A DNA stretch of 63,111 nucleotides, filler included, from Reclinomonas americana ATCC 50394 (lineage: Eukaryota): assembly GCA_048213135.1 (NCBI GenBank). It is 5 parts of 2 records of this genome, joined end to end, with 100 filler letters (N's around TTAATTAATTAA, not from the genome) between each part and the next. Parts side by side here need not be neighbours in the genome. Positions count along the whole stretch, not along the records: positions 20,804 to 46,633 come from PS015021.1; 4 more parts are not named here. One strand, given 5' to 3'. Position 1 is the first letter of the stretch. Every line of letters begins with the position of its first letter. Shown piece after piece: positions 25,127-37,193 of the stretch. Both the position numbers and the translations under genes were made by a program. The notes beneath the pieces are model-generated. The model made no database searches and was not told the DNA's origin. It saw only the letters and a program-made list of their open reading frames with translations.

Positions 25127-27877
25127 CTCTCAGTTCTCTCATTTTGACGTTCTCTTGTTCACATGCTTTCCCATTTCGTTCATGAAGAATGCAAGCATCG
25201 CTCGAAGGATGCAGCCTTGCCCCCTTTCCCACTTGCTCTCTCTCTTTCAGCTCTCTCACTCACATTCTCTTGTTCACATACTTTCGTCCATGAAGAACGC
25301 AAAGCATCGCTCGTTGGATGCAGCCTCGCCTTTCTCACCCCCTTTCTCACTTGCTCTCTCTCTCTCTCTGAGCTTTCTCATTCATGAAGAACGCAAAGCA
25401 TCGCTCGCTGGATGCAGCCTCGCCTTTCTCTCCCCCTCACCCACTTGCTCTCTCTCTCTCTCTCTCAGTTCTCTCAGTTCTCTTGTTCACACGCTCTCCC
25501 ATTTCGTTCATGCAGAACACGATGTATCGCTCGAAGGATGCAGCCTCTGATTCCCCTCTCCTTTCCCCACGTGCTCTCTTTCCTGTCACGCCTGCACACT
25601 TTCTTCTTTCACATTCCTGCACACTTTCTTCCTCTCTCGTCCTTATCACTTCATCCGTCCCTCTCAATCATCCACTCATTCCCTTCTCCCTTTTTTGCAG
25701 GCCGTGGAGATCGAGGACCCCGACACCAAGGACTACTTTAAAGATATGCCCCTTCTGCTCTCTTACCCTTCCTTTCCCCTCCACCCCCAGTGCCTGAGAA
25801 CGCCTCTTTCTTGTTGTTGTGCTCCCCTCACTGTCGATCCAGTCGATCAACATTGGCAAGCCCACGGAGGATCCGAGTGTGGTGCGTGCACAGCAAAGCG
25901 CACCGCCTTCCCTTCGTGCTCATTCCCCCACAGGTCCGCGGCCGCCACTCCACCTACCGCGGCGACCTGACTGTGACGCTGAGCCGCGTCATGGCCGACG
26001 GCACCAGCCTGCAGTCCACTCATCGACTCGGCATGCTGCCGGTGATGATCAGGGTGCGTGCTGCTGACGACCACACACACCCTCTCTTTACAGTCTTAAC
26101 AACATGACGTTTCCGCAGTCATGCCTCTGCCGTCTGGAGAACAAGACGCCGGCACAGCTGACGCAGCTCCACGAGGACGCCCAGGAGATGGGCGGCTACT
26201 TCCTCTGCAGTGGTGTCGAGCGCTGCATTCGCCTGCTGGTCATTGCGCGGCGAAACTATGTTGCGCCTCTCGAAGTCCTTTTTGCCGGCTCTTTCTCTCT
26301 CATGTACCTGACGTGCGGCGATTGCGTGCGTAGCCCATTGCCATCAATCGACCCTCGTTTGCGGGGCGCGGACCCAAGTTCACCCCCTTTGGTATTCTGG
26401 TGAGTCGCGCTTCCTTTCCTCACTTTCCATTGCCGATCTCAGGCCTCTATCCCCTCTCGTCAGGTCCGCTGCGTGCGTCCCGATTTCAGCTCCTCGACCA
26501 ACGTCGTCCACTACCTCAGCACCGGCGAGGTCCTCCTCTCGCTCACCGTGCTCAAATCGCAGTTCTTCCTGCCCGTCGTTCTCATTCTCAAGGTATTGTG
26601 TCACGAATGATGTCTCCTCTCGTGTAATCTCTTGCCGACCCCTTCTTCCCCTCGTCACAGCTGCTGAAAGAGTCGAGCGACCGCGACATTTACGACCGCA
26701 TCATCCAAGGCGACGTCGAGGACACCTTTGTCGCCCAGCGTGCCGAGGCCGTGTTGCGCGAGTTCCGCGACTCGTACCCGCAGTGCAACTCGCAGGAGTC
26801 GTGCTTGGCCATGATTGGTGCGTTAGTTTGCTTCTGAAGACTTCGAGTCGCTCTCTTCAATCCTGTTGTGGTCCTCTGTACTTTTGTGCTCCTTGAGTGT
26901 ATCTCACTCCTTCCTTGTTACTCGCAGGCGGTCTCTTCCGCGCACGCCTGGACGCCTCGTCGCGTCTCAGCGATGTGGAAGTCGGTCGCATGCTCGTTCG
27001 CGACTTTATTCTCGTGCATCTGGAGAGCCATGCGGACAAGTACAACTTTTTGATGTTGCGCGGAGAAGGGAAGAGAATGATGCAAAAAAAAAAGGCTCGC
27101 CGACTTAACTTTTGTGTCGTGCAGTGTGATTCTGCAAAAGCTGTACCGCCTGGTCAAGGGCGACATCATGGCCGACTCGTCCGACAGTCCGCTCTACCAG
27201 GAGGCGCTGACCGGTGGTCATGTGTACCAGGTGTTGCTGAAGGTTGGTGGGGAGAGGGGGAAGGGGGGGAAGGGAGGGAAAGGGAGAGGGAAAGGGAGGG
27301 GAAGGGAGGGGAAGGGAGCGGGAGAGGGAGGGAGACGGAGAGTGTATTTCTCCCGTTCTCTCCTCGTGCCTTTTGTGTGTTTGCTTCTCGCACTCTCTTT
27401 CTCTCTCTCTCTCTTTCTTATCTGTGTGTCTCTGTTTCCATGTCTGTCTCCCGTTCTCTCCTGGTGCCTTTTTTGTGTTTTTAATTCTCTCTTTTCTCTC
27501 TCANNNNNNNNNNNNNNNNNNNNNNNNNNNNNNNNNNNNNNNNNNNNNNNNNNNNNNNNNNNNNNNNNNNNNNNNNNNNNNNNNNNNNNNNNNNNNNNNN
27601 NNNNNNNNNNNNNNNNNNNNNNNNNNNNNNNNNNNNNNNNNNNNNNNNNNNNNNNNNNNNNNNNNNNNNNNNNNNNNNNNNNNNNNNNNNNNNNNNNNNN
27701 NNNNNNNNNNNNNNNNNNNNNNNNNNNNNNNNNNNNNNNNNNNNNNNNNNNNNNNNNNNNNNNNNNNNNNNNNNNNNNNNNNNNNNNNNNNNNNNNNNNN
27801 NNNNNNNNNNNNNNNNNNNNNNNNNNNNNNNNNNNNNNNNNNNNNNNNNNNNNNNNNNNNNNNNNNNNNNNNNNNNN

Positions 27878-27933
<56 letters not shown>

Positions 27934-28132
27934 ATCTATTTGTCTCTGCCTCTATATCTGTCTCATTCTCTCCCTTTCTCTCTCTCTTTCTCTCTATATC
28001 TGTTTGTCTCTGCCTCTGTATCTGTCTCATTCTCTCTCTATGTGTGTCTGTCTCTGTGCCTGTCTTTTTCTCTCTCTATGCGTGTCTCTCTGTGTCTGTC
28101 TTTTTTTCTCTTTCTCTACATATGTGTCTCTG

Positions 28133-28178
<46 letters not shown>

Positions 28179-31100
28179 GTTGTCTGTCTATCTATATATC
28201 AAGCTCCATCACTCGCTCCCTGTCACTCTCTCTGTTTGAGTCTCTGAGTCAATCTCTCTTCTCCTTGCCTAGAGTCCCTCACATCATCTGGGAGAGAGAG
28301 AAGTCAGAGAAGATATCGAAAACATGAAAGAGAATGAGGAGAGGAAAGAGATGACCTGTTTGGGCAAGTGCGGTGTGATCATATTTTTGTGTACGTGACT
28401 TGCTTCTTTCTATTACTCTTCACCACCGGCCCTCCCCTTCCCTGTGCACTCAAGCACCCTTCTCCCCCATTTTCAGGACAAGCTGACGGACTTCCTCAAC
28501 GGCATGCGCGCTGTCGCGATGAAGGAAATGCGTGCGTCGAGCTACAAATCGCGTGATTTCCTCAGCAGTTGCGTTGACGCATTCTTTCCAGTTTTGAGAG
28601 ATTCGCCCCTTACCCTTCTTCCTCCTCCGCGCAGCCGAGTTCTTCAAGAAGCTGATTGAGAAGAACCCGGTCGATGTCGGTCGCAAAATCGAGTACTTTT
28701 TGAAGACCGGCAACCTGGTCTCCAATCGCATTCTCGGTCTCGGCCAGGTGCATCTCGCGCGGCCAGTGTTGTCACATCGTGTTATCTTGATCTGATTGTG
28801 TGTGTGTGTGTTGATGCACGCAGACGGCCGGCTTTGTGATCATTGCGGAAAAGCTGAATTTCTTCCGCTACATTTCGCACTTTGCGTCGATTCATCGTGG
28901 TCAGGCGTTTACGGAGATGCGTACCACCTCCATCCGCAAGCTGCTGCCAGACGCGTGGGGTTTGTCTGTTCATCACTTGTCACCAGCGATGCTTGATTGA
29001 CTCACTGCGTGTTGTTTGTGATGCACAGGTTTCATGTGCCCGGTGCACACTCCCGACGGTGCGCCTTGCGGTCTGCTCAATCACTTGAGCTCCTCATGCC
29101 AGGTTCGTGCGAGAGAGTCTCCACGAAGTGCCTTCTTTCGCACGCACACTCATGCCTGCTTCGTGGCACAGATTACCAACCGCGAGCGAACCGTTGACGA
29201 AGACGATGCGCTCGTCAGCGTGCTCGTCGGCCTCGGCATGAGCCCCGTGCCTGAGGGCGGTCACCCTCCGCCGCGCACTTTGGCTGTGTTCCTCGACGGG
29301 CGAGTGATTGGCTACACGCCGCCGAACCGCCTCGAGTATCTCACGCAGCGTCTGCGGCACTTCAAAGTCACCGGCACTGAGGATGGAGTTGCGTGTGGTT
29401 TTCACTTGCTGGTGGACCTACCCTTTTCCTTCGTCTTTTGCTGTTTTCTCTCTCGCTTGCTGCGTCTATCTTGCTTGCGGTGTCTCTCTCTTGCTCGCTG
29501 TGTCTCTCTCTTGTCGCCTGTCCTCTCTCTCTCTCTCTCTCTCTCTCTCGTCGTCTCTCTTACTTTGTCGGTCCGTCCGTCGTCTCTCTCGTTCGTCCGT
29601 CCTCCGACCTCTTCTTCGTTCGTCCGTCCGTCCGACTCCTTCTTCGTTCGTCCGTCNNNNNNNNNNNNNNNNNNNNNNNNNNNNNNNNNNNNNNNNNNNN
29701 NNNNNNNNNNNNNNNNNNNNNNNNNNNNNNNNNNNNNNNNNNNNNNNNNNNNNNNNNNNNNNNNNNNNNNNNNNNNNNNNNNNNNNNNNNNNNNNNNNNN
29801 NNNNNNNNNNNNNNNNNNNNNNNNNNNNNNNNNNNNNNNNNNNNNNNNNNNNNNNNNNNNNNNNNNNNNNNNNNNNNNNNNNNNNNNNNNNNNNNNNNNN
29901 NNNNNNNNNNNNNNNNNNNNNNNNNNNNNNNNNNNNNNNNNNNNNNNNNNNNNNNNNNNNNNNNNNNNNNNNNNNNNNNNNNNNNNNNNNNNNNNNNNNN
30001 NNNNNNNNNNNNNNNNNNNNNNNNNNNNNNNNNNNNNNNNNNNNNNNNNNNNNNNNNNNNNNNNNNNNNNNNNNNNNNNNNNNNNNNNNNNNNNNNNNNN
30101 NNNNNNNNNNNNNNNNNNNNNNNNNNNNNNNNNNNNNNNNNNNNNNNNNNNNNNNNNNNNNNNNNNNNNNNNNNNNNNNNNNNNNNNNNNNNGTTCCGTT
30201 TCGTTTCGTCGTTTTCGTTTCCTTCCTTCCGTCCGTTCGTTCGTCGTCGGTCCGTCTACTTCGTCGTTCGTCGGTCGGTCGTCTCTCTTCGTCGTCGTCG
30301 TCGTGTCTCTCTCTCGTCGTCCTCGTCTCTCTCTCTCTCTCTCTCTCTCTCTAGTCGTCTGTCTCTTTATGGTCGCCTGGCTCTCACTTGTCGCCTCGCA
30401 CTCTCTTGTCGCCTCGCACTCTCTTGTCGCCTCGCACTCTCTTGTCGCCTGTCTCTCTCTTGTCGCCTGGCTCTCTCTTGTTGCCTCGCTCTCTGTGGTC
30501 GCCTCGCACTCTCAGGTCGCCTGTCTCTCTCTCATGTTGTCTCTTTTCTGCTTGTTTCTTTCTTCCTCTCCCTTTCTCTTTTTGCCTTTCTCTCCCTCTC
30601 CCCTCTCTCCCTCCCTCCCTCCCTTCCTCGCTCACTGTTGTGCTCTCCCTTCCTCTCTTCCCCTTTCTTCCTCTCACACTGATTCTTCTCTCGCTTGCAG
30701 GTGACACCGACGCTGGAGATTGGCCTTGTCCCTCCAGCGCAGTACGGCCCGTTCCCCGGCCTCTTCCTGTTCTCTCACGTATCGCGCTTCATGCGCCCTG
30801 TCATTCACATGGCGACGGGCAAGACGGAGCTGATTGGCACGCTGGAGAATGTTGAGTGGGAGATGTGGCGGTGGATAGTAATGTGCAACTCACGTTTTTC
30901 CCCTTCTGTGCATGCAGGCGTACCTCGACATTGCTTGTGTCGACGAGGATATCAAGCCGCACGTGACCACCCACCGTGAGGAGAATCCTCTGAACATGCT
31001 GAGGTTTGTGCATCGGCGAAGACTCGCTCGCTTTGTTGTATGATTGACTCTCGTGTGCAGCGTGGTCGCCTGCCTGACGCCGTACTCGTGCCAGAACCAG

Positions 31101-31394
31101 TCGCCGCGTAACATGTTGCGTACCCTCGGTAGAACACTGGAAGGGTCCCGTTCTTCTCTTTCATGAGGTCTCCGCCACGTGCGCTCTGCTCCCCCTTTCG
31201 ATCGCTCTGCTCTCTCCCCCCTATCGCTCTGCTCTCTCCCCCTTCGCTGTGCTCTCTCCCCCTTCGCTGTGCTCTCTCCCATCGCTCTACTCTCTCCCCC
31301 CTTCGCTATCCTTCTCTCTCTCTCTCTCTCTCTCTCTTCGCTCTGCTCTTCTTCCCTTTGCTCTGCTCTTCTTCCCTTCGCTCTGCCTCTCTCT

Positions 31395-31437
<43 letters not shown>

Positions 31438-34400
31438 TCTCCTCTCTCCCCTTTTCGCCCACACAACGATTGCGCCCAGGTACCAATGCCAAATGGGCAA
31501 GCAAACCCTCGGCACCCCGGCGCACAACATCAGTCACCGCACCGACAACAAGCTGTACCGCATCATGAACGCGCAGGTGCCACTGTGCCGCACGGTGGCG
31601 CAGGACGACTACGAGATGGACAACTATCCGCACGGCACCAACGCCTGCGTGGCTGTGATCTCGTACACCGGCTACGATATGGAAGGTGCTGTGTGCATTC
31701 TTTGAAGGCAGTTACTCCCTCTCTGTTAACTTTCTCATTGTCAGAGTGTCGCGTCTGTTTGCCACTCTCTGCTTCCTGTGTGTGCAATTTTCTCGTCTTT
31801 TTGGTTCCTTTCCTCTCTCCTTTGTTCGGTTTTCGCTCTTTCTCTCCCCCTGTCCTCTTTGTCTTCTTTCTTGCATTTCCTTTCTTCTCTCGTCTTATCT
31901 GCCCATTTCTCCTTTGCTCTTCCTCTTTTCCCTTGTCCCCTCCCCTCTGAACCACTTTTCTCTCTCTCTCTCTCCCCCTGGGCTCTCTCTCTCTCTCTCT
32001 CTCACACACACATACATTCCCATTGCAGAGTGTGCTTCTGTCTTATGTCTTTTTGGCCCTTTCTTTCTCATGTGTTTATTCTTCGCTCTTGTCTCTCGCC
32101 GTCTATATTGCGTTTTTCTCTCTCCCCCCTGTCCTCTTTGTCTCCTCTTCTTTCATCCTTGCTTCTCTCTCGTCCTATAACACCTTTTCTCCTTTGCGCT
32201 TCCTCTTTTCTCTTGTCCCCTGTGTACCTCTTTTCTCTCTCTTTCTTTCCCCTTTGCTCTCCCTATCTCTCTCTCTCTCCCTACCCCCTCGTATCTTGTC
32301 CTCTCTGTACTTCCTCTCTCTTTCTCCCCCTTTCTGCTCTCCTCATCTCTTTTCCCTTTCCCTTCTCCCGCTCACTCACTTTCCCTCCTCACAGACGCCA
32401 TGATCATCAACAAATCGAGCTACGAGCGCGGACTGAAGCACGCCGTGGTGTACACCACCGAAATGGTAGACCTGGGCGCCGACCGCTCCAAGGATCCCAC
32501 CTCCGTGCGCTTCTCGAATCTCCTCTCGGACTCGCGCACCTTCCGAGTGCCCAGCAAGAAGAAGAGGCGCAACCGCAGGCGTTCCATGGGTGGTGAGTGG
32601 CCGAGTGTGCCGATGGATGACTTGATGCCTGGATTTGTGCTTATGTGCTTGTCCTCAGATGCCGACGAAGCCCCCGCTGAGGAGGAGGGAGACGACGAGC
32701 TGACGCTGGAGAGCCTGATGGTGACGCCAAAGTTGGATGTCGACGGCCTGCCGTTTCGTTACCGCTTCCACCAAGTCATGCATTCCGTTACCACCCAGCT
32801 ACTCATCGTTTTCATTGCAGTCGCGTGGGAACCACACTCAATCAGGGCGACCCGCTTTACTGCTACCTGGACGAGGTGACGGGCGAGCACAAGGTGGTGA
32901 AGTTCAAGAAGAACGAGCCGTGCCGTGTGCACGACGTGACCGTGTTCAGTTGCGTTGAGGCATCTTTGCAACAGATTGCGTTGTGGTGCTGACTGAACGT
33001 GTGGCATGCACAGCGGGTGACTCGCGTGGCTACTGTGCCAGCATCAAGTTGCGCTTTGACCGCAATCCCGTGATTGGCGACAAGTTCTCCAGTCGTCACG
33101 GACAAAAGGTCAGGCTTCATTCCCAGTGTCGTTGTGCACGCTTCAATATCCATTGACATTTTCTCCTCTCCCTCCCTCCCTCACCAGGGCGTGTTGAGTT
33201 TCCTCTGGCCGCATGAAAACATGCCGTTCAGCGAGAGTGGAATCAGTCCCGACATTATCATCAACCCGCACGCCTTCCCGTCGCGCATGACCATTGGTAT
33301 GCTTGTGGAGAGCTCTGCGGGTAAGGCCGGAGCGTGCCATGGTCTGTTCCAGGATGCGACGCCGTTCAGGTAAAGGAGGGGGAGGCATGAAGGGAGAGAG
33401 AGAGAGAGAGTGAGTGAGTGAGAGAGAGTGCAAGAACTGCACAAGACTGATTACGCGGGAACTCGAAATGACAACTCCTCCACACACATACACAATCTCA
33501 CTCTCACAACAACAGCGCGACAGAGAGCGAGAGAGGGGGTGAGAAGGGAAAGGAGAGGGAGAGGAAAGGGGGAGTGGCTCCGCTGTTCTTGGCGGCAAGC
33601 GAGTGGGGTCGATGTTTCTGAGTGTTGACCTGCACAATCTGTTCCTCTTTACTTGCGTCCATTCTTCCATGTTAATTTCTTGGCTGCGATAGAGTGTGGG
33701 GAACCGACCGCGCCATCCACATGTCGATGTACAGCAAGCTGCACGTTCGCTCTCTTTCTTTTGCACCTATTCTTCCTCCGTTTACTTCTTTGCAGGAAGA
33801 GAGTGAGGGGTTCTGCGTTGTCTGCATTCCGATTGCATGTACTTCTCCTCTATTCCTCCTCCTTTTCCTTTTTTTGCGGCAAATGAGTGAGGGAAGCTGT
33901 GGTGTCTGCATTGATTTGCACCACGCTGCACGCACAATCCTCTTCGTTGCTTTCGTTGCGTCCATTGTTCCATTATTTTTGATTCTTGGCAGCAAGAGAG
34001 TGGGATAGCGCTTTCTGAGTTGTGGTCGAACACTCTGTTCCTCTTCACTTGCATCCCGTCTTCTATCGTTTGCAGTGGTTGAGTTCGATTTGAGGAGTGT
34101 TGTCTGCTTTCTTTGTTCATGCACTCTCTTCCTTTTCCATTTCTTCTCACACCTTCCCTTTGCTCGCTCTCCAGGTTCAACGAGAAGCGCCGCGCGATTG
34201 ACTACTACGGCGAGCAGCTCGTCAAGGCCGGCTTCAATTACTACGGCAACGAGACCATGTACTCGGGCACGCTGGGATGCGAGCTGACCGCGGAGATTTT
34301 CTTCGGAGTGCGTCTCTTCGTCGTCGTCGCTGCCTCTGCCGCACCTGTGTCACTCATCATCGCCACGCTTTCCCCCCTTTCGCAGGTCGTGTACTACCAG

Positions 34401-34951
34401 CGTCTGCGTCATATGGTGAAAGACAAGTTCCAAGTGCGCTCCACCGGTCCCGTTGACCAGCTCACGATGCAGCCTGTCAAGGTCAGCATGCTTCTCCTCC
34501 TCCTCCTCCTTTATTTTTTGGTGCTCACTCCCCACACGCCATTCCACAGGGTCGTAAGAGGGGCGGCGGTATTCGTCTGGGTGAAATGGAGCGTGACTCG
34601 CTGATTGCCCACGGCGTCGCTTTCTTCCTCTACGATCGCCTCTTCCACTCGTCCGACGAGTCGCAGGTGTGTTTCCTTTGTCTCTTTTCATACGCCCCCT
34701 TGACGGTGCTCACTCTTCTTTCTGTATCACACGCGCAGTGCAACGTGTGCCTCGACTGCGGCAGCCTGATCTCCACCATCACCGACCGCAGCAGTCTCAC
34801 CGCCAGCTCCGATCGCCGCGTCACGTGCCGCGTGTGCGCCGAAGCCGGCAAGCCACCGCGCATCGGCAAGATGGCCATTCCGTACGTCTTCCGCTACATG
34901 GTCAACGAGCTCGCCGCCATGAACATTCGCATCAAGCTAGAGAAGAAGTGA
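23822..34951 (+). CDS. RPA2: DNA-directed RNA polymerase I second-largest subunit, 28 exons
   Basis: Spliced product has [159 protein letters not shown] and a C-terminal CxxC...CxxC ribbon. [15 protein letters not shown] and KFQVRSTG are Pol I-type signatures. Confidence 0.97.
24440..25550. repeat. Degenerate minisatellite (about 7 copies of a 95-130 bp unit) in RPA2 intron 1
   Basis: GAAGAA.GCAAAGCATCGCTCG..GGATGCAGCCT-like core near 24468, 24599, 24709, 25184, 25292, 25386 and 25512. Confidence 0.85.
25744..25831 (+). other. AT-AC intron (88 nt) in RPA2, possibly U12-type
   Basis: AAA G|ATATGCCCCTT...CCCCTCAC|TG TCG ATC CAG gives [16 protein letters not shown] in frame. No GT donor joins these two exons while keeping the upstream exon intact. 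Confidence 0.75.
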
Positions 34952-35599
34952 AGCATGACAGACAATGATTTGTCCGATCTCCCTTGCTGCGTGTGTGGCG
35001 ACATCGATGCAGGTGTATATGTGCGAGGTAACGCTGTCTTCCGGATGCGGCAACACCGTGCTGGTGGCGGAAGCGATATATCGCAATCGCAGACACACAA
35101 GCAAGAGCTGCCTTTATGACTGAGTTCAGCCACATCCAAGGCATCAACACAAGCACATCAGTCTCAAGTTGCAGCGCGTGCGAGGTGTCTCGGAGCTTCG
35201 AACAAGCCGAGAACTGATCTGCATCACAAAAAGCGAGGCTGGGCGGTGGATTTGACGTGCAGGAGTACGTTGACATGCGTGACTGCACCACCACCACCAC
35301 GACCACCAAGACGACTCGTGTCAGGAATGCGTGCGGCAATCGAACACGTGAAATTTGAACAGTTGTTCGCAGCGTCACGCGTGCATCGTGACGGATTGAT
35401 AACGGCCTCCACCCAATTTCACAATCACCCTTCGCGCGCGTGGGCAACAACAACAAGCAAACAACGACCACGTGAGTTGCACACACAGAGACAGAGAAAG
35501 AGGAAGAGAGACACAGTAGTCAAGATCTATCCGAACACTCGCCTTCTCCGACAATACGACCACTCACTCACACACACATGCCACACACAGCAGCGAGCA

Positions 35600-37006
35600 A
35601 TGACCGATCGCCGAGTGAGCGTCAGCGACTCTGGCGACTCCTCGCGCTCTCCCTCTGTCTCCGCCTCCGCACGCTCACGATCACCTCGCCTCGCGCCCAT
35701 TGATAACATCGACTCTTCTCCTCCTCTTCCTCCTCTTCCTCCACCACACAATCATCACGGTCTCTGCTCGCCGCATGCGGTTGTGCATGAGGAGACTACT
35801 GCCAAGGTCGTGCCTGTGGCGATCAGTGTGTCGCCGAGGCCAGTGAAGGCCATGGAGATAACGGGAGGGAGGAGAGAGGAGAGAGTGATGGCGACGTGGT
35901 GGTGGCAGGCGTTGGCGTTTCTCGCCAAGAGTTGGGCCGTGCAGAGACGAGCGTGGTTGGCGAGCTGCGTTTGCATGCACAAGGGTCACTCATCTTCTGC
36001 TGATTCTTCTGTCTTCGCGTCTTTCTCCTCCTCTTCCTCCTTCACCTTCTCATTCACAGTCTTCTGCTTCCTGCTCATTCGTGGTCTTCTCCTCCTTCTT
36101 CTCATTCACCGTTATCGCCTTTCTCGTCCTTCTTCTTTTCCTCCTCCTGTCTATCCTTTCACTTCATATCATCTTTATCGTGTTGTTGTTGGTGTTCTTC
36201 TTGTTCTCCTCCTCCTGGTCCTCTCGCCCTCCTCTTCTTCCTTCTCATTCACCTTCATCGCCGTCTTCCTCGAGCTCCTCTTCTTGTTCTTCTTCTTCTC
36301 TTCCTCCTTCGCAGTCATCTCATCGCCTTGTTTTCTTCTCTGTGTTTGCATTCGTCTTTGTCTTCTTCCTTCCTCTTCTCCAACTCCTCCTCCACCTCCA
36401 CCACCTCTTCTTCTTCCTTTGCAGTTATCTCATTGCTTTCTACTCATTGTATTATTCTCCTTCTTCGGCTTGTTTTTTTCGTCTCTCTTTCACTCTGCTC
36501 TTTTCTCATTCCTCTCTTCTTCCGTCTCGCCCTTCTCTCTCGCCCTTCTCCTTCCCTGTCTGTGTGCATGTGCATTTGAGAGAGGAGGTCAACTGCCGTT
36601 TTATTTTGTGTCTGGTGGCGACACGACCCCTCTTCGCTCACAGTCATCTTGGCAGATGTCATCGTGCTCATTGGGCCTATATTTGTGCTGTTGACGGTGC
36701 TCTTTCTGGCGTCGATTGGAGGGTTTGTGGGAGTTGCGTGGCAAGTGGGGGGAGGGAAGGGGGGAGGGGAAGGGAAAGGGCGAAGGAGGGCATTGGGACT
36801 GAGAGAGGGAGTGGAGTGAGCCGAGGATGGGAATGGAGAAAGAATGTGGAGAGAAGGCGAGTCCAGCATGAAGAGGGCGAGATAAAGGGGCAAAATACAG
36901 AAGCTGAGGCACGGACGTGCACCATTGAGGAAGAATGGCTACCTGTGTCAGGCGTCCCACGGACGGTAACCGAGAAGAGAGAGGGAAGATGAGCAGAGCT
37001 TGCCGA

Positions 37007-37038
<32 letters not shown>

Positions 37039-37155
37039 AGCACGACAAGGCATAGAAGCAGGGGCAGGAACTGCACCATCGAGGGATGGATACGAGTCAG
37101 GCGTGCCACGGACGGTAACCGAGAAGAGAGAGGGAAGATGAGCTGTGCTTGCCGA

Positions 37156-37193
<38 letters not shown>

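Noticed and set aside
23966-25700. GA-rich 5' half pairing with CT-rich 3' half to bridge long introns
   Set aside because: Seen in a few introns (RPA2 intron 1, 33370, 51651), but many long introns are purely GA-rich or purely CT-rich, so there is no consistent rule.
34932-35276. 114-aa minus-strand ORF overlapping the RPA2 3' end
   Set aside because: No recognisable domain or supporting splice structure; it cannot be distinguished from UTR or intergenic sequence.
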